Shown piece after piece: positions 38,482-52,488 of a stretch of DNA of 64,000 bases. The notes under the pieces were generated by a model. That model was not told where the DNA came from and made no database searches. It worked only from the letters and a program-made list of their open reading frames with translations. Source of the stretch: Aplysia californica. Taxonomy: Eukaryota. Position 1 is the first letter of the stretch. The number at the start of each line of letters is the position of its first letter. The position numbers and the translations under genes are program-made. The stretch covers positions 202,985 to 266,984 of the forward strand of contig NW_004797320.1 of NCBI RefSeq assembly GCF_000002075.1, in the 5' to 3' direction.

Positions 38482-39278
38482 TAGTCTCCGCCTTAGATCC
38501 TGGTGCTCAGAGCAAGGAAAATGCGGGATCTTGGCTGACGCACCAAGGTAAAAATCCATGGTGACCCATGCTAAGGCCCACAACCAATAAAATGGTCTTC
38601 CTTCACTCTAAAATCAACTGACATGACATGACCCCTGGGTGGGTTTATGAACATATGGCGAGCAAAGAGTGGTCAACCATGAGGCGTACTAATTTCACAG
38701 TATTATCCTGTCTGAAGATCTACGCTTATCCAGTTGCCCCTCCCCTTTGCCTGTCCAAAATTTATACATATAGCTTTCCACCTCAGACCTAGTTCCCCCT
38801 TCCCGCCTTTGTCGTTACGCACCATTACGTTGTGACCACACACGCCAATAATTTTGGTGTATGACATCAACTCAGCTGCTATGGTCAGGGAAGAGTTCAC
38901 AGCTCAATGTGATCCCGCCAGAGGCGAACTTGTAGGCCTTTACTTTACCACCCAGTGTGTGAGTGTGATGTAAGTTTAGGTGGATAGCTCAGATGCAAGT
39001 GCGATGTTTGGGGCAAACAAATGCTTTGGTCAGTTCACACCATTGTACTGTTTTATCGAGTTTTAGAGTGGCTGATCTTTGACGTGACGGGCAGTTCAAT
39101 CATCTCGACTTTTCACTCTTGGCTGATCGACTGTGCCCGCCTGGGTATTGTTCTGTAAATCATGATCTGAAATGCGGGATCTTAGCCAAATGTAGACCTT
39201 CAGAGTGAATCAGACTCAGAGCGGGATCTTTATACATTGTAAAAATTCTTAAAACAGCGGGATCTTAGGCGGAGACTA
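38482..39278. mobile_element. Non-autonomous DNA element with TAG-starting TIRs (Academ-like)
   Basis: tagtctccgccttagatcc ... ggatcttaggcggagacta inverted termini; internal gcgggatctt repeats. Superfamily assignment is inference. Confidence 0.65.
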
Positions 39279-40838
39279 CTACTACTAGATACTGTGCAAA
39301 GAAGGATTTTTGGTTTGTTTGCTGTAAGAGGGTTAAAATCTAGTGTTGTGGTGCTTCATGCATTAGGATATATGCCTATGATGCAGAGCCCATGTACAAT
39401 TCTACTGAGCTCATTAGCTCAAGGTAGGAGTTAGCGCTGGTTTAAAAAAAATAAAAAAATCCAAGTAAATAGTGTTATATAATTATAACCTCTTCACTTT
39501 CATTTGATCACTGACTCCTGGCTGATGTCAGAATTGTGGAATTACTGTTCAACTGTCCGACTCTAGCACAGATTATATCACCAGTCCAGTGTCAGTGGTG
39601 GTTAGGCACTTCTCTGGCGCTTACAGGAGACATGAGTTCAGTTCAGGAATAGGATTGATTTTTAATGAGTGTCTTGGTCTCTTCTTTGCTGGGATGATCT
39701 ATCCTTCTCAGCTCGGGTTGACCCTGGCAGGCAGGGTTGAAGCCTGCCACCTGAGTGAGAAAACAGAGGCTGTAGATTTATCTCACGTAACCACTGTTGT
39801 GTAAGCTATAATATAAGAATCATAATATAAGAATCAATCAATACACTTTCTACAACCGCATAGAGACAGGATATCTACTCTCTGCGCTGATCTGCGGCAG
39901 CTTAAGAATTACACTTTTATTCCTCCCTTCTCCCCGACAGTGGCTACTCGGTGCAAAAGAGTGCCCCGTCACTGGATGTGTGGTGTCATAGTCAAAGGGT
40001 TGGACTGGGGAAATATTCAACTGACCATTAACTCAACAAGGAAACGTAGACCAAATCTGATTAAACTTTTGAAATTAGCAACCCAAATTCTACAGAATCA
40101 CCCAAACTAGAATTTTTAAACCTGCAGATTTCTTGTTAACCGTGGGTAAATGCGATATTGAGAAGTGTGCTCTTTGTGTTGTGCAGATATGTGTGCCAAA
40201 TGACAGGTTTTTTTGTTCAAGAAGAACAGTTGTTCACACATTTTGTTACTATTTTAACTTGTCAACTTTTTTATATATCGAAATAGGGGCCTATTCTTGT
40301 AGCAAATTCAACGCTGAACAGGCCCAATTAATTTTTTTTCACATATCTTGCGCAGTTCTATAGAAATGCCACATTTTGCAACATAAAGTGTAAAAACAAA
40401 GCTTTGAGAAAAACGGCTTCAACCGTACTATGTTGACCCAATTTTTTCTGCCACATTTTTAACCTTTGGTAAAGTACATGTAGCAAAAATAATAAATTAA
40501 ATTAATACAAAAATATTTAGACTTAAACTTAAAATATTATAAAACCCTTTTTGGCCTTTCCACCCCAATGCTCCACAATAGCTTTGCCGACAACTAGGAT
40601 CTTTCTCCAGACACACACACACACAATATATGTGTCCATCATGTTCTACCCTCAGAAAGATCGACGCAGAGTATGTCTCCGATACGCCAAAACAATTTCG
40701 GTGGCCTCTTTCTGGGCACCCCAATTAACTTGTGTTGATGTTGATGGAGGTGTAACACACCTATGGTTAAATTTTTTTAATGTTCACTCACAATTCACAA
40801 CTGCTCTCAAAAGGGGAAAACATTTGTAGCCTACATAA

Positions 40839-41519
40839 GGCAGACCCTCCATAGACGGAACACGGCACACAGCACACAGCACATGGCACGGGTGCGAAAC
40901 AAAATCAAACACAACCATTTAGAGTTGCACACTCCATTGACGGCACGACACAGCCACGACGAAACATTGCGTGCCTTGCTTTGCCGCATTGCTCGTTTTT
41001 TGTGTCGTATGCTGCCAAAATGGATGACTACAAGAAAAAAATTATGAAACTTGTGAGAGACCGACCGCTTCTTTGGGACCCCCAAAACCCGGAGTGCCAA
41101 GACTAATTTTTCTTCTGCTGATATTGGTTCCCGATAATTACAACCAATTGGTTGTAGACGAGGAAGCACTAGGTTCTTCAGTTCATCATACTCCCTACGT
41201 TCTGTATGACATTCTTAGGTAGTTGAAGAACAATGTCTCATCTCTACGTCTCATCAAGGAGCCGAAAGTTCGATGAAACTCTCCTCTACTACTCCTCAAT
41301 AGAAAATGTTCTCTTCACCACATGATCCGCTTTTTCCTCTTCTTTTTCCGATTATTTAGAATTGCTAACATGATCAGAGTATCTTCATCAGACGAATCCA
41401 TGGTTGTGGTGTGTTGTGTTGTGATGTCGTTCTATGGCCTATGCAGGGAGGGGTATTAGCCTGTGGCACGGCACGTGCCGACAAGTCATGTGCCGCGTGC
41501 CGTCTATGGAGGGTCCGCC
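40839..41519. mobile_element. Internally deleted PIF/Harbinger transposon
   Basis: TIR ggcagaccctccatagacgg / ccgtctatggagggtccgcc, flanked by TAA/TTA. The + strand has a MADF-like start (MDDYKKKIMKLVRDRPLLWDPQNPE, 41020); the - strand has a transposase remnant (MDSSDED...FFNYLRMS...REPISAEEKLVLALR). Confidence 0.85.
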
Positions 41520-42806
41520 TTAATAAAAGGTAAAATTTTATTATATCTAGTACCGGTACATAAAAGAAAAAACCAAACTGCGTGAAGATGCATTTTGAAA
41601 GAATTCAGTTTATTTTATCTCTGATTGACAGTTGTCATTAACATAATTTCATGAGTATGCTGAGCAAAATAAACCATACTCTGAACCATCAGAGCATAAC
41701 ACACACCACCTCAGATTCATAATAAATAACATATAATCACTTAGAGGCAGGACCACACAACCATATTTTGAGAGTTGTGAACACATGTACAGTGTTACTT
41801 CCAGCAAAGCATTCCTGCTCAAGGGCATCACATCTCAGGTGCTAAAGAAGAGCTTGCTGGTACTCACATTATAAAAGGTGACAATAACATAACCTACTTA
41901 TGAGTGTTTAGTTTAAAAAGTTAAAAAACTAACCGCTGTACCTGCTACCTGTGTCACTGTCAAAGAGAAGTAAAAAACACAGAAGTCAACAGTATCTGTA
42001 CTTTAACATACCCGGTACATGAATAAAATTGAATTACTTCTCTCCCTCTTCAACTTTAACTTTCCAAATCACTTTATTTTGCAGAACCATATTATATCAT
42101 TTACCTCCCTAGTCACTTTTACCTGACAAGAATATATGCATGACTCGCTTTCATAGACATTTTGATTTATGCATGATGAAGTCCCTACAGACAGCAAAAC
42201 GCCAGAATAGAAATAAAATTCTAAGCACATTAATTTGTGTGTAATTTTTCATGATATATAATTTGCCTTGAAAGACAGTAAAATTTCATTGATTTGACAT
42301 AGTTTGCAGGTGTTCCATTAGCCCAATCTGTACCATGCTGCACAGAGGTACATGCAATCCTGTTATGTTTGAATTTTCATTGTTCTACTCTAAACCCACC
42401 AGAATGGTTTCATCATGGATGGATATAGAGTTTGTGGTCATAACTCTTGGATGACCTTACTATTACTGTGTTAAAAGGTCTGTTAAATTAATGAAATATA
42501 ACACTGTTTATTCGGTGCACATCTTCAGCAAAACATGAACAAAGATAAAACTGTTCACACCTGAAAACAAGTTTCTAAAATTTGACAAAACTATAAAAAA
42601 TTCCTTGTAAACTTTCAGGCTGTCTTCAACAGCCAATTTTTGACAAAACATAACAGCTGACATACTGTCAGGCTAAATGTAGCAATTGGGTATAAGAGAG
42701 CAAAGGTAAACTGTTCTTGTGTGTAACCACACCTTGGTGCAACCACTTTCACTATCTTCTAAATAAAGCAGAAGAGTGAACAAAGATTAACAGAGCACTT
42801 GCCCTT

Positions 42807-43451
42807 GGCTGTCCTCAGAGAATTTCGCACTCGCAACTTGCGCGCGCAGCTTTTGCCCCTAACCAACTTTTGCTATTTTCTTGATTTAGCAAATTTTAGC
42901 CAATTTTCCGCAAAAGTTGGAAAAATAATCATAAAATTTAGTTAAAAACACCTAAATTTTATTCCAAGACTAAAAATAACGAGCGCACAGAAGAGTGACC
43001 GTAACACGGATTTCGCAATATAAAAGCCATTATTATAATAAGCGAATAATGTAACATTACAAGATGGGGAGGAGGAGGGGGGGGGGGTCCCAAAGAAGGT
43101 GTAAGATTATATTTGAACAGCCCAGCCCCAAACCATGCTGATCGTACCTGCCCAAAGTCAGGGAGAGTTTAAGGACCTGGCACATATGTCAGGGGACAGT
43201 TTTTATACACCATGTAACCTCCATGCAGTTTTGTTTTTTTTTGGTTGGTAGACATTCACGTTTAACTTTTGATTTTGACCTAACAAAACTCATGTTGGTT
43301 ACTTTGATGGGAATGAGCATACCAACAATGCATTCCAATAATTCCAGGACATATTTTCAGCTATACACATCTTGCAACTTTTCTTGCAACTTTTGCTAAT
43401 TTTTCCAGCAACTTTTGCTATTTTCACATGCAACTTTCTCTGAGGACAGCC
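42807..43451. mobile_element. MITE with 16-bp TIR
   Basis: ggctgtcctcagagaa ... ttctctgaggacagcc; subterminal gcaacttt repeats. Confidence 0.7.
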
Positions 43452-43976
43452 TTGGATTATCTGTTGATTTATTATCCTTATCCTTCTTCATTTCCACTTT
43501 TATTGAAGCTGGTAGGAACATTTTTTAAATGTTTGTAGAAAAACTTGGTTTGAGAGATTTTTAGGTAAATTGTTCAAGTGCAGATAAACGAGAAAGAAAA
43601 AAAGTGTCAGTTTTCAATGCTGAGTCATTGATTATTTGTTACGAATTAATTGTGATAGCATTTGCATGACATAAGACCGTAGAACGTCAGTGGTTGCACC
43701 AAGGCCATGTCAAAATCACCCAAGGCATAAATGCAGCCAGCATGGCAATTTTTTTATTTTATGGATCAAGATGCAACAACCTCTCAGGTCATGCCAGAAT
43801 ATTTCTATCTAACCTCTGGTTATGGTTAGTTCCAATCATAACTAATGTTTCAAGCTAGTAATTTTGTATACAAGGAAAACAACCAGAGAAAACCCCCAAA
43901 AGCATACCATTGTTAATACTGAGGAGCAATACCATTAGCATCTTACTTGCAGTAAACGTATTATATTATATATGAT

Positions 43977-45236
43977 ATGCTAGAAGGACTTCGCGAAAAA
44001 CATGCTTCCTTAACGAAAAAACCCAAAAGTAAACCAAGTTTAATTACCATGAGTCAGAACGACAAACTCGACGTTGGAGCCACAAGGTACAAGAGAAGAG
44101 GTCCACTCTTATCTGTGGCTTTCAGAGAGAAAAAATCACTAACAAAACCTGTGCTGCTCCTCAGTACTGTCCATGCAGCAGTAAATGAGACAAAGCAGGT
44201 CAGGGGCCAGGAAAAGCTCAAGCCAGCCATGATTTTTAGTTACAACGCCTACATGGGTGGAGTGGACATTTGTGACAAAAAGTTAGATCACTTCGCCTCC
44301 GAGAGAGCTACCCATCGCTACTGGGTCAAAATGTTCTCCAATTTGTTGGACATTGCTAGGCTCAAAGTATTTGAGTTTAACAAACTGAAACATCCAACTG
44401 GAGCCCGTTTGAAACAGGCATTCATCCAGGCTGTCATTCATGATCTCTGGGGCTCGGACCACATGCTCAGCCACCACCGCCACCTCTTGCTACGCCCCCA
44501 GGCCTCCCCCATCCTCGTTCCACTGTTTACAGATTGGAACTCCTACAAGGGAAAAAAGAGTCCAACAGAAAGCGCACGCGCCACTAGTGCCCTATCTGTC
44601 AAGTTGGAGTTCATGAACGATGTGAAGACCAGTTTTCACACCCTGGATATTCAGCGTTGTGGGATAAAGAGACAAAAATGACAGTTGTGTGAACTTGATA
44701 GGAAGGATTCTACGTAATGTTGAGAATGCCTGTCAAGTAAGTAGAAATGTTTGCCTTTATTCCTCTGTTCATTTTTTCCGCCATGTACTTCATCAGTTTT
44801 GAAGTCTGCTTTGTAATGTTTTACATATTTTGTATTTTTCCTTCTGCCTGTACCAGTTTTGCACATTACGAACAAAATACAAGTAATGAACCCCAGAAAC
44901 TATATATTTATGGAAAGCTTGTTTTTGTAGAATTCATTGACACAAGACAAACTTGGATTTGAAGTCATCTGAATGAGTCAGGGGGTATCTAAAATGAGTC
45001 ATACGTCCAAAATGGTGGCCATCTTGGATTTCTTGGTATCCATGACAACAATAATTATCAAAATTTTATTCAAATGTGTTTTGCTCCTATTTTTTAATCC
45101 AATTACCTTTCTGAAAATATATGTTAGGGAGGTTTTAAGTCTCATATAAACCCAGAAAATCAATCTGAAAACAGACACCTGTGTTCACCTCAAATGCCTG
45201 TGACCGTTTTGAAGTTTACCATGGACAGTAATAGGG
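43977..45236 (+). mobile_element. 5'-truncated piggyBac element (PGBD4-like transposase C-terminal fragment)
   Basis: ORF 43977-44681 contains VLLLSTVH...KPAMIFSYNAYMGGVDICD...RYWVKMFSNLLDIA; the right end is ...gtaataggg|TTAA (45237-45240). No left end found. Confidence 0.85.
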
Positions 45237-45966
45237 TTAACAGAGGTCCGCCAATTCAATGTACGTGTGAAGGAAAATGCCAAAAACAATCGAAGTAAAG
45301 GCATTGGTTTAGAGAGAGAGGCAACCCAGTAATGGCACAGGCTCTTCATAACCCAGCAGGACAACAGTTTGCAACTTCAGTCTCAAACCTGACCCATGCA
45401 TAGGCAGTCTCTTTGGAAATAATCTCATTGGCAATCAAAGAACCAAGGTACGGTAAATGGAAAATAATACTGACAGATTGGGAGAAATGTACTTCTATAT
45501 TCCATGGATGTAAATTCCATTCAAAACTAGAGCTGGAATCTTTTACAGAAGACTTTATTGAAGGAAGCAGGTCTACATGAAAAAAGCAATAAAACACCAG
45601 TACCATACAAAGTACTCTTTAGACCACCTTTGTCTGTTGCAGCCAAAGATAAAGAGAGCATTTAAGGGATTGGAGCCTTCAAAAACTACTTTGCAGCCAT
45701 GGGCATGAAAACCTGGAGTGTGTAAAACTGCATTACTGTTCCCTTTCAGCTTTTCAGTTTACATCAGACCTGACTATCACCAGTCAACTTGCCTGATGGT
45801 ACAATCCTTGACTAAGAACAAAAGAGAATCAAGTCCACAACTGATTAAGAAGAGGCACATCTCTCATCCTTATCCCTTGTTTTGGCATTCGCACTAAAGG
45901 GAGACAAATGGAGTAGAATCAAAGGAAGGGGGGGATAAGAACACCAAAAAAAACTAAAAGAAAAAC

Positions 45967-46155
45967 CTAGCTCAAGGCTAAATTCTGAATCTGCTCTGAT
46001 GGAAGACTTGCTTCAGTCATGTTGTCCACTGCAGAGTTGACAGTGCCTTGACTGGATTTTGCTGGAGTGGCATTCTCTTCTGAACTGCTCTGAGGTTTGC
46101 TCCGTGCACCAAATATTGTACTTCCAACTCGCACATTCGTGCTGCCCAGCTCAAT
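45967..46155 (-). CDS. PLPBP: PLP homeostasis protein, coding exon 8
   Basis: IELGSTNVRVGSTIFGAR...LALS*; cag acceptor. Confidence 0.95.
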   Translation of the reverse strand: MELGSTNVRVGSTIFGARSKPQSSSEENATPAKSSQGTVNSAVDNMTEASLPSEQIQNLALS

Positions 46156-47600
46156 CTGAAGAAGAAAAAGCAACTTTAGATGCAGAGAACAACATCTGTG
46201 TTATTATACAGACATATTTGGAACAGATGATGTGTAAACTATAAACATCCTCATTTTCATTGAATTTACATAACAATTCTTTCCACTTATAGGAAGTCAA
46301 TCAACATTCAGCAAAATGAGCCTAATTTATCATCTTTTTTTCTGCTTAGGCCTGACACAGTGAAACTTGAAAACAACGAAGTCATCGGGTTCGACCTTCA
46401 TTTTAATTGAATATATGCATATTTGTTAAAAACAATGAGATCTTTTTTGCAGATACTTTGTGAAAAGGGCCAACATGCTCATATGCATGTCTGTGTCATG
46501 AAGCACATTGTTCACTGAACCAGTTGCAGTGTATGGCCTAACCAATGGAAATAATTGGTTCCACAGACCAGTGCATGAGCTAGTACTTAGATCTATATCT
46601 ATAGCTTATTATGACAACCTGCCCCCCCCCAATCATATCAGAGTTTTAATGTACCTCTAAATTGGCACAAATTAATAATGAAGCGCTATTAACAGACAAC
46701 ATGCCAAAGCAATCAACTTGCATGGATCATTATGTCATATATAGTAAACCTCAAATCTACTTGCAGAGGACTCAGCAAAAGAGGAAAGAATCTCTGTTTT
46801 TGTTTATTCCTCTTTATTAATCTTAAAGGCGCGTGTTTGTCAAAACTCATTTACATAAAAACCTTGGATGGTGAAAAATGAATGTCAGACCTAAAGAATT
46901 CGCTAGATGTGAGGTCTACTGTATACTCGCAGAAAAGAGGAAGTAACAATAAGAGTAGGCCTATTTTTTCAAATCTTATCAAACATCAGCATCAATATTT
47001 CAAATCAATAACACAAATCCAGCAGATTCTAACCGGCACTTGCAACACAAATCAGTCATAGTCATAAAAGTGGCACTTGCAACACAAATAGGTCATAAAT
47101 GCTGAAGATTAGAGGTTTTATTAGAGAGTAGCATTGAAAAGAAGGAGAGATATGGATAACAAATGTTTGATAGGGAAAGAGGCCGCAAACCACATCAGAA
47201 AGCCTGCCGACCACCCACGAGCAACTTCTTCGTGATCAGAAAAAAGTAATATTAAATCACAAGAACTCTGGGTCTATGATATTGTATATCTGTACTCATG
47301 CAGAGGACAAGGTTGTTTTAAAGCATACAGCACTCTGAGGGCCAAAAAAATTTTAACGTATGATTTTTAACAGAGTATAAGTGAAATGTATGCAAAAGGA
47401 GGCACAAGGGGAGGGGAAGAAAGTGGAAAGGGAAAAGAGAATGAGAATGGCAGGGAGGAAGAGTGAGATCTTTTGTTTGAATCTAATTTGTTTTAAGGTA
47501 TCTTTTCTTTAGGACTCCGGGCACTAGACCATATATATGGAAGTTTCAATTTGAAGCAAAAACATAAATGAATTCAGCAAAAAATGACAGTTTCCCTTAC

Positions 47601-47699
47601 AGCTTGTTCAAAATCTGAAGACATGCCCATGCTGAGCTCCATTTTGTCAATTGGAATGTTGTGTGCTTTGCAGACTTCCTCTCGAATTTGAAAAAGTGC
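47601..47699 (-). CDS. PLPBP: PLP homeostasis protein, coding exon 7
   Basis: [33 protein letters not shown] (ELSMGMS motif); cag / gtaagg. Confidence 0.95.
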
Positions 47700-48159
47700 C
47701 TGAAAAAAAAAAGGAGTCTTTGAAATTTATTTGTAAAATTGTAAATATATTTAAAAGTTGTTATTCAAACTTACAAAATCCAGATCAAAATCGTACACCT
47801 GGAAATAATGCAAGTACAAAAATTGCCGTCCAAATTGTCCAAGGTGGCCACCCATTGTCGAGGAGAAAAGTGGCTGCCTTTTATTAACCAAGTGGACATC
47901 AGTGTCATTACAACGAGAAAAAAAGTCTTTTGTACAGGCAATAGTTTTAGACAGGTGGCCGTTAGAGCAGGTTCGACCGTATTTCAAAATGTGTAATAAA
48001 AAACTTCATCAGCGATAAAATGATTACAACGACATATGAGTTTCTCAAGCCTTGCAGTACAATAATTATCAGGCTTAAGATTCATTTTTTTTTTCACTCC
48101 AATTTCACTACAAAAGCCTTCACATCTTGGCCACCAATGATTCTACTTGCACATCTCAC

Positions 48160-48302
48160 CTGAAAGTCTGGGTTGGGTCCAGCCATTGGGTTATAATCAT
48201 AAGCCCCTATTGTCATTAGACCCAGGATGTTGAGCTTTGGACAATTCTCTCTGATGTAACCAACGAGTTTAGCAGTCTCTCCTACTGCACATCCACTCTT
48301 AT
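48160..48302 (-). CDS. PLPBP: PLP homeostasis protein, coding exon 6
   Basis: (N)KSGCAVGETAKLVGYIRENCPKLNILGLMTIGAYDYNPMAGPNPDFQ; cag / gtgaga. Confidence 0.95.
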
Positions 48303-50857
48303 CTGTCGACACAGGGAGGAGTTTGACAGGTTCATACATAACAGTCTGTAAAATGCGCATTGCTATAGGAAAATAAAGACTTTCACAAAGAACCAGCACA
48401 GACGTTGTTACAAGAACTGTGGACATTAAGCACATAAATATTGTCCCGTGAATGATTCTCGTGTAGACATTAAAAATCTCTCCTTCCTATGCGAATAATG
48501 ATTGATAAAAGCTGTAGAGAATGAAGTTTCAAAAACCTGAACCAACAGTTGAAAAGCAGTGCCTTAAAAAAAATCTTTTCTAATTTATTAATCAAATGCA
48601 TGCTCCTTTCTTAAACAAAATATGATCATCTCATGACTTTGTAAACTTTCATGACAAGGCTGACACATCCTTTCATGGCAATCTTGAAGAGTTCTCCTTT
48701 TCAGAGATTCAAGCCATTCTTTGACTGGTTGCATGGCAATTGTCAAGGGTTGTTTTCTGCAGAAGTACTGAATGACATTATTTTCCACAACTGTTAAAGA
48801 GAGAGCTGATTCTAAACAAAAAGCAAACAGCATAACAGGGAGACTTTCCCAGCATCTCAAAAAAACAGCACAGTGGGGAACATAATAGACAATAAAAGAA
48901 AATCTTTCCACAACATAAGAGTTGTCTTGCAAACTGCACAACTAAAACAAAATCACTGGATCACTGTGACATTCCAAATTTACATACTGTACTTTGCTCC
49001 AATGATAATGCAACTGGCCAAGAACTAAAATTTCTTAATGAGACACACCAATCTGAAATTCATGAAAGGCTTACTTTCTTGGTGTACAACAAAAAAAGGC
49101 AAGTGAAAATAATCTTTTACTTTTATGGCCAAAAACGAAGAATGATTTTTTTTCTTTTTGTTCAGTTTTGTCGTTACCATACAAGATGATCTGAAAATGA
49201 CCTATTAAGCACACCAAATTAAGACTACGGAGAAGTCTCTCAGTAGTGACAGTAGGCAGCGATGCTCAATCTCAAAGTTGATGCATCTTGGAAAAATTTT
49301 TGAAAAATCCCTTACACATTCAAGAAGTAGAAGAATGCTCCATGGTCTAAAAATAATACATTTATTAGAAAAAAGGATGTTGAACTAGACCTACTGTTAT
49401 CCCACTCTTGCACTTGAATAAGATCATGCCCAATACATGACTAGGTGACAGCCAGTGGGTGTGGAATCCCCAAGAGATTATGGAACGGTGTCCATAAAAG
49501 TTTTTAGTCTGAAATTAAACAGCATTGCCTAGGATAATAAAAACGAAAAGAGAAAAACGCTTGCAAAATCACTTTATTTCCAAGGCGTTCCCAAAACAAA
49601 CACCTCCTTTCCGAATCACTGTCAGCCCCCTCAGCTACCCAAACCAGAAAATCTCTCTGCTAAGCTAATCTTCTACTTTGGAGCTACCTTCTTTGGACGA
49701 GCAAATTTTCACAAAGCTACCAAATGGGAATTGAAAGGAAGATTTACCTACAAATCACTCTTTCAACATCTTGTAATGTGGAGCCACATCATTTAAGGAA
49801 GTATTTTGAAAGGGTGCCGGATACCATTTACAGAAAAGAAGACTTTGTTTCTTCACTAAGAGCCTTATGGCAGGGTCTCTCGGAGAAAATACAATGGTCC
49901 ACTTTAAAACACTTACTGCTCGTCTTAAAGTCATTTAAAAGCAGTGAAAGATGAAAAAAATACTTGAACTGAGATTTGATGGCAAAATGCATAGTCATTG
50001 CCAGGGAATGCACTACCTTTTAAAAAAAAGTTCTACTTTTGTTGTTAATATGAAAAACTCAGAGACCCCAAGTCGAATTCAGTCCAGAATTTGTGGGGCT
50101 ATAAAGAGAGAATATTCTTCGACAATTAAAAGTTCAAGAGATAAGACTTACTGCACATTCTCAACAAGTACCTGAACATCCCTGATCAATTTTTATTTAA
50201 GAGTTCACCCGAAGTGGAGAACGAAAGAAAAAGGGCGACAAAAATAAAAGGAAGTCCCCAATGACAGTGCTTGTCTCTGTACAACACGAGCCGAAATAAA
50301 GGCTTGAGTGGAAAGCAGAAAAAACAACCATGGACAGATTAACGAACAATGAGGAAAAAAAAGACAAAATAACGAATAAATGGAAAGACAAAACCCGAAA
50401 AGAGGGAAAAATTTCCTCAGATCACAGGAAGACTACCACACAGAATACATAATCAGCTCTCCCACAACCCTTATGCCGTGTACATGAGTTATTAACTACC
50501 TTTTCAAATACATTTCAGTTTGAGGTGCTCACCATGATAAGAAGGATCTAATGAGCCAAAACCTAGAATTGGGCTATGCAATCATACATCAGTTTCGCCT
50601 GATACAATCGCAGATACCAGTACACTGAAGTGGTATTATGATGTCTTCAGTTGGTTATTCAAACCGCAGGGTGGGTGTCATTTATGAGCACAAGGTCTAT
50701 TCACACACAGTTTAACAAAGTGCACAAGAATAAATGACGGAATAGGCATCTATGCATCTTACCACTCTGTTTAACATAGAGAGGGTATCATTGTCTGCTT
50801 CAGTTCACAAAGGGGTATTCATAGACATTAGTGAGGCCAAGGATTTTGCCAACTTAC

Positions 50858-50992
50858 TTTCTTCCCCACTGGTATTAACTTGAACCATGATATTGAGAGG
50901 CTCCTGTTTTCCTTGCCGCACCCAGGCATCATTTACAGCTTTAGCAAGGCGTTCACTGTCAATTGTCTCCACAACAAAGAGGTTGGGAATAT
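50858..50992 (-). CDS. PLPBP: PLP homeostasis protein, coding exon 5
   Basis: (D)[44 protein letters not shown]; cag / gtaagt, phase 1-1. Confidence 0.95.
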
Positions 50993-51423
50993 CTGGCTCA
51001 CAAAAAGTATGACATATGATAAAGCTACATAGTGAGTATAGCCGTCACAATAAAGAGGAGAGAGCTACAACTCCAAGCAAGTGATGGTCAAGACAAAGTC
51101 ATTTGGGGGGAGAGCAATGAAAACTAGGGTAGAAAGCAAAATTTCAAAAAAATATCTTTTATAGTCTAAAGCCTCAACATTTTTAACTTCTTTGGGGGAA
51201 AAGGAAAAAGGAAAAACGGTTACTGATATGTATATATTGAAATGATTTAAACAGCACTGAGATCTAGTTCTTACATTTAACAAATGTTATTGCAAAGGAA
51301 AATGAAGAGGCTAAAACAGCCTAAGTGATGTAATTACAGAAAACAAACTAATTTAAATTAAGAAACAGACATGTTTATGGTACCAAAAAATCTTGGAAAA
51401 TATTAAGGAATTATTAAACGAAC

Positions 51424-51499
51424 CCAGTAGTTTTGATACTTTATTCCTCTGAAGATGACCAATGAAGTGCCACTTTATATCATCACATCGATCTTGCAA
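51424..51499 (-). CDS. PLPBP: PLP homeostasis protein, coding exon 4
   Basis: LQDRCDDIKWHFIGHLQRNKVSKLL (WHFIG.LQ motif); cag / gttcgt. Confidence 0.93.
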
Positions 51500-52018
51500 C
51501 TGGGGAAAAATTGTTGGTATTGATACAAGCTTTACTAAATACTTTGACAAGACCATAAACGGATGTAGCAAACACACTGGGTTTTGTCATATCAGAATCC
51601 TGAACAGCTGTTTTGGTTGTATAAGTCTACAACGAATGTTAATAAAAGACAGAGTAATTTCTGTGAAGGTTCCATAACTAAGACAAATGTGTGATAATAG
51701 GGGTCAAACAATCAAATAATATTCATTTATGTACTCTATTAAGTGATACTGGTTGAGCCAATTAATATATATATATCTTCATGAAAATTTAATTACAGAA
51801 AACCACATTGTACACACAAATAAGAAATAAGAATAGCAAAGATGGGTGACATTAGTCTTTATCTTAAGTCTCAACCTGCGAGTGTTTTTCAATACTGTCA
51901 TAACTCAAGTTATGACTAAATCGTTTTTTATCCATTTCTAGCACCTTAAAGCCGAGGCACTGGTTTCAATGAATGCTCTAAAGAAAAAATAACCTCATAA
52001 AAAAGGAAAAGACAATAC

Positions 52019-52054
52019 CTCAATATCATTTGCTTTGTCAATCAGTTCAACAAC
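52019..52054 (-). CDS. PLPBP: PLP homeostasis protein, coding exon 3 (36 nt)
   Basis: VVELIDKANDIE corresponds to the human VQELLEKA segment; cag / gtattg. Confidence 0.9.
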
Positions 52055-52198
52055 CTGCGGAACAGAAAATTTCAAATAAAAATCTACAAAATGCCCAAAA
52101 ATTGCTCCGTATGTAAACTCAAAAAGCATCATAGAAAAATCAAAAAGTGGGAAAAGCTTTCAAATAATTTCAAGTCATCAACTTCAGGACTCACTTAA

Positions 52199-52488
52199 CT
52201 CTTTAAACCCTGAGTTTTTTCCATTGTTTCCCCGGAGGCTTTTTTTTACAGTCACCAACACCTGGTGCACTATGTCTCATCACAACCCCAAAAGCTTGCC
52301 TCCAACTTCTAAATGGTGGAAACAAAGGCTTAGCCATTACTAATAAACTTAGTTCGGGAATAGTTCGAAAAACAAGAAAACAATAACGCTAAATAAAACA
52401 AGACAGTTGTCACTAGTATCGGACGCTCCCAGCGTGGAACAGGCTTATTACTGCCGGACGCTCCCAGCGTCCGATGGGGTTTAAAGAG
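52199..52488. mobile_element. piggyBac-like MITE in PLPBP intron
   Basis: TTAA|ctctttaaaccc ... gggtttaaagag|TTAA; internal repeated ggacgctcccagcgt. Confidence 0.85.
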
